Part shown: positions 40,406-49,631 of the stretch, one piece after another
Position numbering within the stretch: position 1 is the stretch's first letter
Layout: each line of letters opens with the position of its first letter
Notes under the pieces: generated by a model
Seen by the model: the letters and a program-made list of their open reading frames with translations, nothing else
Told to the model about the DNA's origin: nothing
Database searches by the model: none
Source: Cyanophyceae cyanobacterium
Lineage (GTDB): Bacteria > Cyanobacteriota > Cyanobacteriia > Cyanobacteriales > JBHJGN01
NCBI GenBank assembly: GCA_050331735.1
Contig: JBHJGN010000044.1
Coordinates: forward strand, 1-64,000
Length of the DNA: 64,000 nt
Reading direction: 5' to 3'
Program-made: the position numbers and the translations under genes

Positions 40406-41363
40406 AGCGTCTTGCTCCTTTAGGAAATAAAAATTCAGTTAACAAACCTTGTCTATTCGTAATACGACTGTCAGGATGCTTTCTGCATTCTTTGGTCGTA
40501 CAAACTTGACCAGAACACTGGAACAGGGAACTTTATAAAAAATTAAGTATTGCTCTCCATCGAGCGCCCCCAGAATAGGCAAAAAAATAAGATTTTTTGA
40601 GCATCTTCTATTGATGCATTTAAAACAAAAGCTTTAAAGAGTATTCGATTCTGACGTTGCTAAATCTGATACAACTGAGGACTTATTTGCTCAATACAAA
40701 ACATATCATAGGTAAACTTAAAACAAACACCAAATTTGAGTAAGTTTTGTAAAAATTTTGGTAAAAATTGTTATTGAGCCTGAAATCTCCTACAGGAAGG
40801 GAGATTAAGAGTAGAGCGAATAAGAGAATTAGCATCAAAAACTGAGGCCTCTTTACAAGAACTTTAAAAAAGTGGCGTTTTTTTAAGGGTAAGTAAACCA
40901 AATAAAAACTACCAGACTTAACTAATGTAATTCAAAATATGAAACATAGAAACAATGCCTACTTATAATGAAAGCAAAACAGAAAATGCATCTAAATGAT
41001 GCATTTTAAAAAATGGCAACGTCTTTGCTTATTGCGTTCAATACACTGCTCCTTTTGAAGATTATTGCTCAAGAGTTACTCTCCTGAGCAATAGCTTTGT
41101 CGGTTCAAAGACTCAGCGCTAGTTCTCTGTTACTCTAAGTACGCAGAAATAGAAATAGCACCAAGCTCTCGCGCATAAAGCTATTTTGCTTTATCGCACC
41201 AAAGAAGAGAGTAAAGTAACCGCAGAGCTAAATTGCTGGAGTAGCAATGGCTTGCTCCTAGCAAGCAGCCCGAAATTACTTTAGTAATAATTGCTTATTA
41301 CTTGATTGCAACACTCGAATGGACTGGTTTTAAACATCAAGGTGGCGCAGTATTACGAACTAG

Positions 41364-41392
41364 AAAACCGACTAGTACGAATACTAGTCGGT
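41364..41392 (-). terminator. Intrinsic terminator with UUCG loop in the long leader
   Basis: Minus RNA ACCGACUAGUA-UUCG-UACUAGUCGGU-UUUCU, perfect 11-bp stem. Confidence 0.75.
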
Positions 41393-41486
41393 AGCGAGAC
41401 AATCTCAACGCCTTTGCAGATAATTACGTAATGTGTTCAGAGCAACTTCGCTGAGGTATATTAGCCTGACTATCTAGCAGACCACT

Positions 41487-41554
41487 GACAAATACATTGC
41501 CTTCATTCCAGAAACTAGCAAATGCACTCATGGATGTCTTTTTGCCTAGTTTTC
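41487..41554 (-). ncRNA. Conserved structured leader element, copy 4
   Basis: GGAAACUAGGCAAA-AAGACAUCCAUGAGUGCA-UUUGCUAGUUUCUGG; box AUGUAUUUGUC at 41487-41497. Confidence 0.75.
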
Positions 41555-41728
41555 CAGTGGAAGTCCACTGCTGACCTTCTTCAGGCGCTGCTTTCCCTAC
41601 AACATTGAGCTTCCTTGCCTATTGCTAAAGCCTTAAACTCTCCTCAAAATTGGAGTTTTATATCTCAGCTTTTTTAGCAGATACCAAAGGAAGTATGTGT
41701 AAAGCTTTTATTGTTGCTACTTATAAAA

Positions 41729-41757
41729 GATATAGCGGAATGTTTTCTTTCTGTCAA
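41729..41757 (-). promoter_or_regulatory. Putative sigma70-type promoter
   Basis: TTGACA-N17-TATATC on the minus strand upstream of copy 4 (-10 imperfect). Confidence 0.45.
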
Positions 41758-41968
41758 GACTTCTCCTCGAAAAAATTTCTTCATCGGATCAGACATTAAC
41801 AATTATTAGCTTAGATACTGGCCCCAGTAAACTGGCAGGTTTTGCAATCGCTAGAGCTTGTTCAAAGCACCAAGCTAACTACAGTATTAGCCAACACTGA
41901 TTCCGTCAAAGCCAAAATCAAGCTGTCTATCGTTTGATCACCTGTGGGTACTATCGCTGAGCAAATTG

Positions 41969-42559
41969 CTATTGTCGATGAGCTTCCTTCCGGTTTGGCA
42001 CGATAAAATGTTCCTCGACGAGGGCAGGAACTTGTGCCGGCTGAACTTTGCTGTAAACAGCCTTATTCGGCATCATAACGACGTTTGGTCCTTTTTTACA
42101 TCGCTTCAGGCAACCTGTTAACTTAATTCTGACCTCATCGGTTAAATGGCGATCGCTCAAACTTTCTGCTAGTGCCTGACAAACTTCTTTCCCGCCTCGT
42201 TTCCAACAGCTTGATTTTTGGCAGACCAATACACTGGCTTTCGGCTTAGGCTTAACGAGTGGCGGTTGGGGAACAGAAGCAGAGGAAGCTTGCGGACTAC
42301 TAGCCAGCTCAGACACTTGAAACGTATCGGCTTTGAGCTTGACTTTCCCTTTCCTCTCTTGCTGGCTTTTGCCGCTTACTTGTAAACAACATCCTGGATA
42401 AACTGCCAGGTATAAATTCTGCCGAATTTCCTTGGAGAGTTTAATGCGATATTCTTTGTCAGCAGTGGCTAGTTTCAGGTACTTAATTTTGTCATCTTTT
42501 GTGACAAAACCTCGAAATTGACCAATAAGGTTGAAGTCTGATTTTTGCTTTTTAGCCAT
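41969..42559 (-). CDS. Thioredoxin-like (2Fe-2S) ferredoxin domain protein
   Basis: VLVCQKSSCWKRGG...TGCLKRCKKGPN; N-terminal OB-like region. Confidence 0.85.
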   Translation of the reverse strand: MAKKQKSDFNLIGQFRGFVTKDDKIKYLKLATADKEYRIKLSKEIRQNLYLAVYPGCCLQVSGKSQQERKGKVKLKADTFQVSELASSPQASSASVPQPPLVKPKPKASVLVCQKSSCWKRGGKEVCQALAESLSDRHLTDEVRIKLTGCLKRCKKGPNVVMMPNKAVYSKVQPAQVPALVEEHFIVPNRKEAHRQ

Positions 42560-42760
42560 AAATTCTCTCCAAGTTGTGAAACCCAACTAGCAACAGGCGT
42601 TGATTTGGTTGAGGCAAGCTCCTTAAATACAGAGTATACAAATAGCTGCAAGGTATTTTCAATAATTGCTCACTAGTTCTAGCAAAATCGAAGTTACTGA
42701 GCGTAGCTACACAACCCGCCAAGACTGCTTACTGGTAAAGTGACCAAAGCGACCCAAAAA

Positions 42761-42960
42761 ATGCCGTTCACTCCAAAGACAGTTCGGTTCATCAACCCAA
42801 TCACTCTCACTCAAATGAAGCGGAGTAGCTATTTAATTAATCCCTGTCGCGGTTCAGTCGTAGACGAACGGGCAATTGTTGAGACTTTGGCTGTAGGGCA
42901 ATTGGCCGGTTATGCCGCTGATGTGTTAGCGATGGAAGATTGGGCTAGAGGCGATTTCCC
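42761..42960 (+). pseudogene. ptxD: Fragment of phosphite dehydrogenase PtxD (D-2-hydroxyacid dehydrogenase family)
   Basis: YLINPCRGSVVDE...GQLAGYAADVLAMEDWARGD matches the PtxD signature NPCRGSVVDE...YAADVFEMEDWAR; both ends missing. Confidence 0.75.
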
Positions 42961-43851
42961 TTACATCACTGCCTCACTAGGAATGCCACCACTAGCAAAG
43001 GGATTGCTGCTGAGGTCAACATCGCTAGGAACATTGGGAAAGACCTGCTCAAAGCTGGTAACGCCCACTTCCGACAAACTTCCCCAAGGAGAGGCTTGAA
43101 ATAGCTGATCGAGGTCGCTACCGCTACCCATGCTGTCGCCAGAACTGCCTAAGTCCCACTGGTAGTTACTATCGTTATTGGGAGCATTACCGACATTACC
43201 CATTGGTATTCCTTCCATCGAAGGGCTTTCCTCACTCCGAGTCATCCAACCATTATCATTACCGAAGGTAGAAATGTTATTCCCCAAGTAATCGTTCGAG
43301 CCAGACTCACTGATGCGAAATTGTTCAAACAGCGTTCCATCGCTATCGGTAAGTTCTAGAGTTTGATTCGTGCCGACGACAAGCGGTCCACTATTAGCAT
43401 CGCTCGAGTTGCTAGGTACTAAGTTTTCTCCTCCGAAAGAAGATGACTCATCACTGGGAACAATTTTAAAAGTAATGTTGGTTCCAACTAGCAAAGGTTC
43501 ACCATCCAGGCTTGGTGGTTCACCGCCGTACATCGGGTTTTCATCCTGACGCTCCATCCAGGAGCTATCATCGCCAGTCGTGATGTTAGAGCCAAGGTAG
43601 TTATTGAAGCCATCGGTAGAAATTCCCAATTGCTCAAGCAAACTGTTACTATCGCTGATTTCTATGGTTAAATTAGTGCCTACTGCTAAGGGAGCATCAC
43701 TGTCAGCACTAGACTGGCTGTTGCTGTTAGAAGAATCTAGTTTAACGGTGGTATTTGTAGCGACAATTAAAGGTTCACCACTGCTCCCAAACTGATTCTC
43801 GTTGAATAAAACGTCATTGTTGCTAGTTTGGTTTATTGCATTATCTTCCAC
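42961..43851 (-). CDS. Acidic Ser/Asn/Gly-rich protein with internal duplication
   Basis: Four PL[IALV]V[GA]TN motifs in two ~100-aa repeats; AGGAG RBS upstream of GTG. Confidence 0.65.
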   Translation of the reverse strand: MEDNAINQTSNNDVLFNENQFGSSGEPLIVATNTTVKLDSSNSNSQSSADSDAPLAVGTNLTIEISDSNSLLEQLGISTDGFNNYLGSNITTGDDSSWMERQDENPMYGGEPPSLDGEPLLVGTNITFKIVPSDESSSFGGENLVPSNSSDANSGPLVVGTNQTLELTDSDGTLFEQFRISESGSNDYLGNNISTFGNDNGWMTRSEESPSMEGIPMGNVGNAPNNDSNYQWDLGSSGDSMGSGSDLDQLFQASPWGSLSEVGVTSFEQVFPNVPSDVDLSSNPFASGGIPSEAVM

Positions 43852-44262
43852 TGGTCATTCTCCTAGCCGCTTTATTGGCTTTTAGTATTAATATTTGAAA
43901 AGTTTAGGTTCAACAATTACCGAATATTGCCGTTATCCCCTCAAGCACAATAGATAAAGAACCCGTTGAAAACTCAGTAAGCGATCAAGAATACAGTTCA
44001 AAATCTTGCTTACAGATGTTTTTGACAGGAAAACAGGGTTGTCTGTTTATCAGCAAAACTAAAGGCCAGAGTACTTAATGCAAATCTTATAAAAGCTCAA
44101 GCTGATTTTTAATGACAAAACCTTTCTATTGACTTGCTGATTTTTTGAAGTTTTCTATTGATGCAAGTTCGACTAGAATATTATTGGCAGCAAGCTTGCG
44201 CAAGAAAAATTGTGAAAGCTGCTAGAGGAGAAGGATTGATCGGTGCTAGAAAGCGATCGCAT

Positions 44263-44655
44263 CTAATCTAACTGCTTCAATGGCAGTGCCACTAAATCCT
44301 CAATCTTTTTAATGTTGGGATCGCCTGCTAAGTAACCGATCCCGCGATGGAGATGGAGGCGGAACTGATGAGCTAACGTTTCACGCTCTGTGCCTAAGCC
44401 ATCGCTGTAGCAGCGCTGCTCAAGCGCAATGGTTAAAATATCGGCTATTTCTCCGCCAAATACCTGCCAGGTTAACTCAACGTTGCTATCAGCAGGAATG
44501 GGAACAGGAGAGGGAATGCTTGGTTCTGCGAGAGAACGACAAAATGCCCAGCGACAAAGAACGTTCCACTGGGAAATTTTGGTGTATCGCTTGAGTTTAA
44601 TTAACTGATCTTTAGCAGTTTGCGAAAGGCGAATGCGGTCTACTGGCGATTCCAT
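44263..44655 (-). CDS. dndE: DNA phosphorothioation protein DndE
   Basis: RIRLSQTAKDQLIKLKRYT, WNVLCRWAFCRSL, FRLHLHRGIGYL. Confidence 0.9.
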   Translation of the reverse strand: MESPVDRIRLSQTAKDQLIKLKRYTKISQWNVLCRWAFCRSLAEPSIPSPVPIPADSNVELTWQVFGGEIADILTIALEQRCYSDGLGTERETLAHQFRLHLHRGIGYLAGDPNIKKIEDLVALPLKQLD

Positions 44656-44724
44656 ACTCGTCCTAATTTTAGGAGCGAAAGAAGATAGCTTAGATATTCT
44701 ATCTTCCCCTACCTAGGTTCTCAA

Positions 44725-46113
44725 CTACGACTGTGCGATTGGTAGCCGCACTTGGAAACAAGTACGTCCTGGCTCAGAATCAACGCGGATGTTGCCGCTG
44801 TGTCTTTTAACGACAATCCGCCGCACAATGTCAAGCCCTAAACCACTGCCGCCGCCGACTCGTTTAGTGGTAAAGAAAGGATCGAAGATACGGGGCTGAA
44901 CGGCTTTAGGAATGCCGGGTCCGTTATCCTCTATTTCTACGAGAATGCAGTCGTTCTCTAGGGCAGTGCGAATGGTAATTTCTCCTTTGCCCTCCATCGC
45001 GTCGATGGCATTATCGAGTAGATTAGTCCACACCTGATTCAGTTCCCCACCGTGAGCGCTAATTCTCGGTAGATCCGGATCGTATTCCCGATGAACAGCG
45101 ACACCGTGTTTGAGCTTGTGATGCAGAATCGTGAGGGTGCTTTCTAACCCTTCGCGAATATCGATTTCCTGCAGAGGAGCGCGATCCATATAAGAATAGC
45201 TTTTGATAGCGCATACCAGTTCAGAAATTCGACCCGTACTCTGCTCAATCTCGTTGATCAGTCCATTCAAATTGAGGCTTCCCTCCAGCCATACCATCGC
45301 CTCAGCAAACGCTTCTGCCTCCATCTGCTGAGCGAGGGGATCTAAGTGAGCCGGCGTTAGCCCAGCAGCGACAAACGTAGGAGCCATATCCCAGCTATTA
45401 GCAACACCTTGCTCCTCTAGCCAGTCTGCCAACTCGTCCTCGCGATCGCTCTGCTCCAGAGGAGACAATGAGGAGGACGATGTCAACTGAGCGATCGCCT
45501 GCTGATAGAGATCCTTGAGCATTTCTCGCTCTGGCGCTGCAAACTGCTTGCCTCTCAAGCTGAGCATGTGAGACTGAAGGGCATCGATGGCGGTACGAAG
45601 CTGTTTGGCGGCTCGGCGTCCGGCAGCGGCAGGGTTGTTAAGTTCGTGGGCGAGTCCTGCCGAGAGTTTCCCGAGAGCCGCCAACTTATCCTGCTGGCGC
45701 ATCTGCCGTTCAATCTCTTTTGTCCGCTCTGCCATCACCGGGATCAGCAGATCGCGCAACTGCGGACAGCGATTGAGGATTTCTTTAAAGTGTTCCACAT
45801 CGAACCGCAACAGGCGACTTCTGCGCACTGCGCGTCCGGCAGCGAGGGTTTCTCCTCCGGTCAGCAGAGACAGTTCGCCAATAAAGTCACCGCGCTCTCC
45901 TTTAATTCCTAGCACCATCTCCTCGTCGTTGACCTTTTTCGTCAACCGAATTGCGCCTTCTAAAATTACGTGGAAGTCATAGGTGGAATCTCCTTCACCG
46001 AAAAGTAAATCCCCCGGTTCTAGAACAATTTCGGTGCCGCATTCGGCTAGTTTCTGAATTTGTTCTTCTGATAACTTGGCTTGAATGGTGGGGCTAGATA
46101 AGGCTTGTGTCAT
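44725..46113 (-). CDS. cNMP-binding-domain sensor histidine kinase
   Basis: LFGEGD...GELSLL cNMP domain; AHELNNP H-box, NLLDNA, DNGPGI, GSGLGL. Confidence 0.92.
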   Translation of the reverse strand: MTQALSSPTIQAKLSEEQIQKLAECGTEIVLEPGDLLFGEGDSTYDFHVILEGAIRLTKKVNDEEMVLGIKGERGDFIGELSLLTGGETLAAGRAVRRSRLLRFDVEHFKEILNRCPQLRDLLIPVMAERTKEIERQMRQQDKLAALGKLSAGLAHELNNPAAAGRRAAKQLRTAIDALQSHMLSLRGKQFAAPEREMLKDLYQQAIAQLTSSSSLSPLEQSDREDELADWLEEQGVANSWDMAPTFVAAGLTPAHLDPLAQQMEAEAFAEAMVWLEGSLNLNGLINEIEQSTGRISELVCAIKSYSYMDRAPLQEIDIREGLESTLTILHHKLKHGVAVHREYDPDLPRISAHGGELNQVWTNLLDNAIDAMEGKGEITIRTALENDCILVEIEDNGPGIPKAVQPRIFDPFFTTKRVGGGSGLGLDIVRRIVVKRHSGNIRVDSEPGRTCFQVRLPIAQS

Positions 46114-47777
46114 GCTTTGACCTCGCTGAGATACTGGTGAACGAACATAATGGCAATCGACCCTTCACCGACACCTGAAGCCACGCGCTTCACGGAATTG
46201 TGGCGGACGTCTCCGGCAACAAAGATTCCGGGAACGCTTGTTTCTAACAAAAACGGTTCGCGCTCTAGATGCCAACCCCGAGAGCGATCGCGCTGGCGCT
46301 TGGTATCCGGTCCAGCCAGAATAAATCCTCTCTTGTCTCGTTCAACAACGCCGTCTAGCCAATCTGTTTCTGGCTTAGCACCAATGAAGATAAATAGAGA
46401 ATTGGCCGCCACCGTTTCTTTCTCCCTAGTATCGTTGCGCAGAATCGTAATCGCCTCTAAGCTGGTGTCGCCCTTCGCTTCGACAACTTCAGAATTAGTT
46501 TGTACCGTGATGTTATCGGTGGCTTCGATCTGGTCGATGAGATACTGAGACATACTTTTGGTTAACGAGTCACCCCGCACCAGCATGGTAACCTGCCGAG
46601 CATACTGGGAAAAATACATTGCGGCTTGTCCGGCAGAATTGGCTCCACCGACGAGGTAAACATCTTCATTGCTACAGGCCACCGCTTCGGTTTTGGCAGC
46701 ACCATAGTAAACACCGCGCCCCGTTAATTCCTCACAGCCAGGAACGTTCAGCCGCCGCCAGTATACGCCTGTGGCAATCAGCACCGCATGGGAGCTAATT
46801 TCGCTGCCGTCAGCAAGAGTGATAATGCGGTAAGGCTCTTCGACTCGGATTTCCTTGGCTTCTTGGGGAGTGAGAATTTCGACCCCAAATCGTCTGGCCT
46901 GGGTGACGGCGCGACGCGCTAAGTCTCCACCGCTTAAACCCACTGGAAACCCTAAATAGTTTTCAATGCGAGAACTAGAGCCAGCCTGTCCGCCAGGGGC
47001 TTCTCGCTCAATCATCACGGTGGTTAATCCTTCTGAAGCCCCGTAGACGGCGGCAGCTAACCCAGCAGGGCCGCCGCCAATAATGACTAAATCGTAGAAG
47101 GGGCACTCTGCTTGAGTTTGTAGCCCAATTTTCTCGGCAATCTCTAGGTTGGAGGGCCTTTCTAGACGTTTTCCATCCGGGAACAGCACGAGGGGCAGTT
47201 GAGGTTTGTGGTCATTCGTGGCCCACTCTAGCAACTGCTGTCCCTCTTCCTGCTCCACATCTAACCATTGATAGGGAATGTGATTGCGGGCCAAAAAGTC
47301 TTTGGCCTGGTGGGAACAGGGGGACCAGCGATCACCGACCACGCGAATCCCTTCAAAGGCAGGACGATAAACGGCGAGCCAGTCATCGAGCAGGTCGTCA
47401 AGGACGGGATAGAGCTGCTCCTCTGGCGGATCCCACGGTTTGAGCAAGTAGTAGTCTAGTCTGGCTGAGTTGATGGCGCGGATGGCGGCTTCGGTGTCTG
47501 CGTAGGCCGTCAGCAGAACGCGCTTCGCTTCTGGAAAGAGCGGAGCGGCTTGTTCAACAAATTCCACTCCCGACATCTGCGGCATGCGCTGATCGACCAA
47601 AAACAGCGACACGGCTTCGTTCCGTAGCTTCAGTTCCTGAATGGCTGCTAACGCTGAGGAACCGGAGTTAGCGCGAATGATGCGAAAGCGATCGCCATAC
47701 TGCCGTCGCAAGTCGCGGGCAACTGCCTGTAAAACTTCTGGATCGTCGTCAACGGTTAGGATTGCAGGTTTAGCCAT
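46110..47777 (-). CDS. Response-regulator receiver fused to thioredoxin-reductase-like FAD oxidoreductase
   Basis: VDDD, DQRMP, KPW receiver; GGGPAG, SSRIENYLGFP, GGANSAG, GIFVAGD. Confidence 0.92.
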   Translation of the reverse strand: MAKPAILTVDDDPEVLQAVARDLRRQYGDRFRIIRANSGSSALAAIQELKLRNEAVSLFLVDQRMPQMSGVEFVEQAAPLFPEAKRVLLTAYADTEAAIRAINSARLDYYLLKPWDPPEEQLYPVLDDLLDDWLAVYRPAFEGIRVVGDRWSPCSHQAKDFLARNHIPYQWLDVEQEEGQQLLEWATNDHKPQLPLVLFPDGKRLERPSNLEIAEKIGLQTQAECPFYDLVIIGGGPAGLAAAVYGASEGLTTVMIEREAPGGQAGSSSRIENYLGFPVGLSGGDLARRAVTQARRFGVEILTPQEAKEIRVEEPYRIITLADGSEISSHAVLIATGVYWRRLNVPGCEELTGRGVYYGAAKTEAVACSNEDVYLVGGANSAGQAAMYFSQYARQVTMLVRGDSLTKSMSQYLIDQIEATDNITVQTNSEVVEAKGDTSLEAITILRNDTREKETVAANSLFIFIGAKPETDWLDGVVERDKRGFILAGPDTKRQRDRSRGWHLEREPFLLETSVPGIFVAGDVRHNSVKRVASGVGEGSIAIMFVHQYLSEVKA

Positions 47778-47864
47778 TGCTTCGATGATTAATAGTACTT
47801 TCGGTTACTAGGTTCGGAGCGTAGTCACGTGCTCCCGCTACTCTTTGATTTTCTACTGGTCAAC

Positions 47865-48491
47865 CTACAAATTGCAGGTCATCAAGCGGTTTAAGAAGAA
47901 GTTGGTCATTTTTGAGCCGTAAGGGGAGTTCCACCACCGAGAAGGATGGCAGCCAAGAGGCGCATTAAGAGAATAATCTAGTTCGTTACAGGGTTTCCAG
48001 CGGTTGTTTTCGCGCCAGCCCACCTTTTCTCCCCATTGTTCAATAATTTTTTGATCCTGAACAATGGTGGCATTAAGATCTCCTCCGACTTCCTGATAAA
48101 GACGTAGCTGCGGTGTAAAGCCAAAGCGACCCTGACTATACTTATTCCACAGTTGATCAATCACTCTCAAGTCGTTGCAGGGAAATCGTTGAATCTCGTT
48201 AGGGCTTAGCTCTTCTTGTGCGAGTCCGGCGATATCTAAAATTAGCCGAATTGTTTCCTTGTCTGCTTCAAACCAGTTTCCGTCTGCTAAATACTGTCGC
48301 AGTCCATCATACCGATGAACATCTGCCACCATCATTAAGTTTTCTTCTAATCGAGAAACTTTGTCAGACAGAGAGGATAGTTGATTAAGCTGGGGCTGAA
48401 TTTGAGATAGTTGGCTACAGAGTTGCTGTAGCTGGTTCTTAATTTCGGATAGGTCTGAATTCACGACGTTATCTTCATTGCTATTTACCAT
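47865..48491 (-). CDS. GUN4 domain protein with N-terminal coiled coil
   Basis: WFEADKET, FPCNDLRVIDQLW..YSQGRFGF, APLGCHP. Confidence 0.88.
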   Translation of the reverse strand: MVNSNEDNVVNSDLSEIKNQLQQLCSQLSQIQPQLNQLSSLSDKVSRLEENLMMVADVHRYDGLRQYLADGNWFEADKETIRLILDIAGLAQEELSPNEIQRFPCNDLRVIDQLWNKYSQGRFGFTPQLRLYQEVGGDLNATIVQDQKIIEQWGEKVGWRENNRWKPCNELDYSLNAPLGCHPSRWWNSPYGSKMTNFFLNRLMTCNL

Positions 48492-49176
48492 AAATCAATG
48501 TCAATCCAATAAAATGTATCGAGCTTTACTTAGAGGACAGTAGGGCTTTTACTTAGTGTAGCGTTTTCAGTGGCTCGTTATTAATTGCTAGTTATCAATT
48601 GGGCTTTGCTAGTTTCTCTTAAAGATTGATGTTAAGCCGTATGAGAACACTCAACAGTTGACCCTACTTGAATAAAAAACAAGGCTAATAACTACTAAAT
48701 GACCTAGACAGCCAACTTATAGTAACAGTTTTTTAAAGGCTTTAGTTGGCTGAGGACAACAAAAAAGACGGCTTTAATATAAATATGGCCGCTATTTATT
48801 TCTCAAAAAACTTTTTTATTTTTTGATTGTCTGTTTAACTATAAGTCTATAAATAAGAAATAGAATTTGAGCGCAGCGTTAAATTAAATAAGCGAGATTT
48901 TATTTGCATTTCCCCTGAATTTATTTGGCTTAATCAAGCGCTAGTTCTAATCTTTAAAACAGGCTCTAAGCATTCCTGATATTTCGAGAACAACGGCCAT
49001 CTTGTCTGTTTTTTAAAGGAGTTAGGGCGGGCAAACGTCTCTTGTCAAGCTTGCTCTTTTTAAAGCTTCTGTAAACTTATCACCAAGAAAAATAAGATTC
49101 TGTAAAAGCTTTCGTTGCAGGATGATGACTAAAAGAAAGCAGGCTATTTTGGGTTTATACACCTAAGACCGCGCCG

Positions 49177-49383
49177 ATGAAAACTATGTTTAAATCTCAA
49201 CAACATTCTTCTAGTCAGCAGGGCTTTACCCAGACACTGAAAGCGCTCTTCTGGTTAGATCTAAAAGCGAGAGCTGGCAGGAGACAACCGCAACAGTCTG
49301 AAGTCAATGATTCTAAATACAGTATGATCGATTTCCTTGAGGAAGTCGCGCTACTACAGGCTCACCAAGACAGCACTCAATAA
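49177..49383 (+). CDS. Small hypothetical protein
   Basis: ATG ORF co-oriented upstream of the ComFB gene. Confidence 0.45.
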   Translation: MKTMFKSQQHSSSQQGFTQTLKALFWLDLKARAGRRQPQQSEVNDSKYSMIDFLEEVALLQAHQDSTQ

Positions 49384-49631
49384 ATCTTTAACAGTTGACG
49401 CCGTTTGTTCCTCAACGTTCAGCCGAAGAAGGTTTAGGCTCCAGGGCAGCCTCAAATTTCGAGGTTCCCTGGGAACCAGGCACTGAGTGCTTTGAGAACC
49501 CCTAATCTATGAAAACGACTTCGCCAACCGGGGGGACGGCTGTGATAAGTAAGCTCCGCTCGTTCGTCAAGGGCAACTCAGGCGATATTACGATGCTTCC
49601 GAAACTAGAAGTTAACAGGGAAAATTCGAGC

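Noticed and set aside
40683..40901. 72-aa hydrophobic ORF in the long leader
   Set aside because: TTG start, very AT-rich, no clear RBS; hydrophobicity is expected from T-rich DNA. Cannot be excluded.
461..41554. The repeated element as a CRISPR repeat, IS end/MITE or c-di-GMP/ops site
   Set aside because: Copies are dispersed, not arrayed. Stems differ in sequence, with no terminal repeats or target duplications. No GGCGGTAG ops or GEMM consensus.
42653..42675. Possible Fur box upstream of the 2Fe-2S ferredoxin-like gene
   Set aside because: AT-rich partial palindrome only; too degenerate to support.
42740..43099. 119-aa plus-strand ORF as an intact gene
   Set aside because: Only the ptxD-like part is meaningful; the remainder is antisense to the acidic protein gene.
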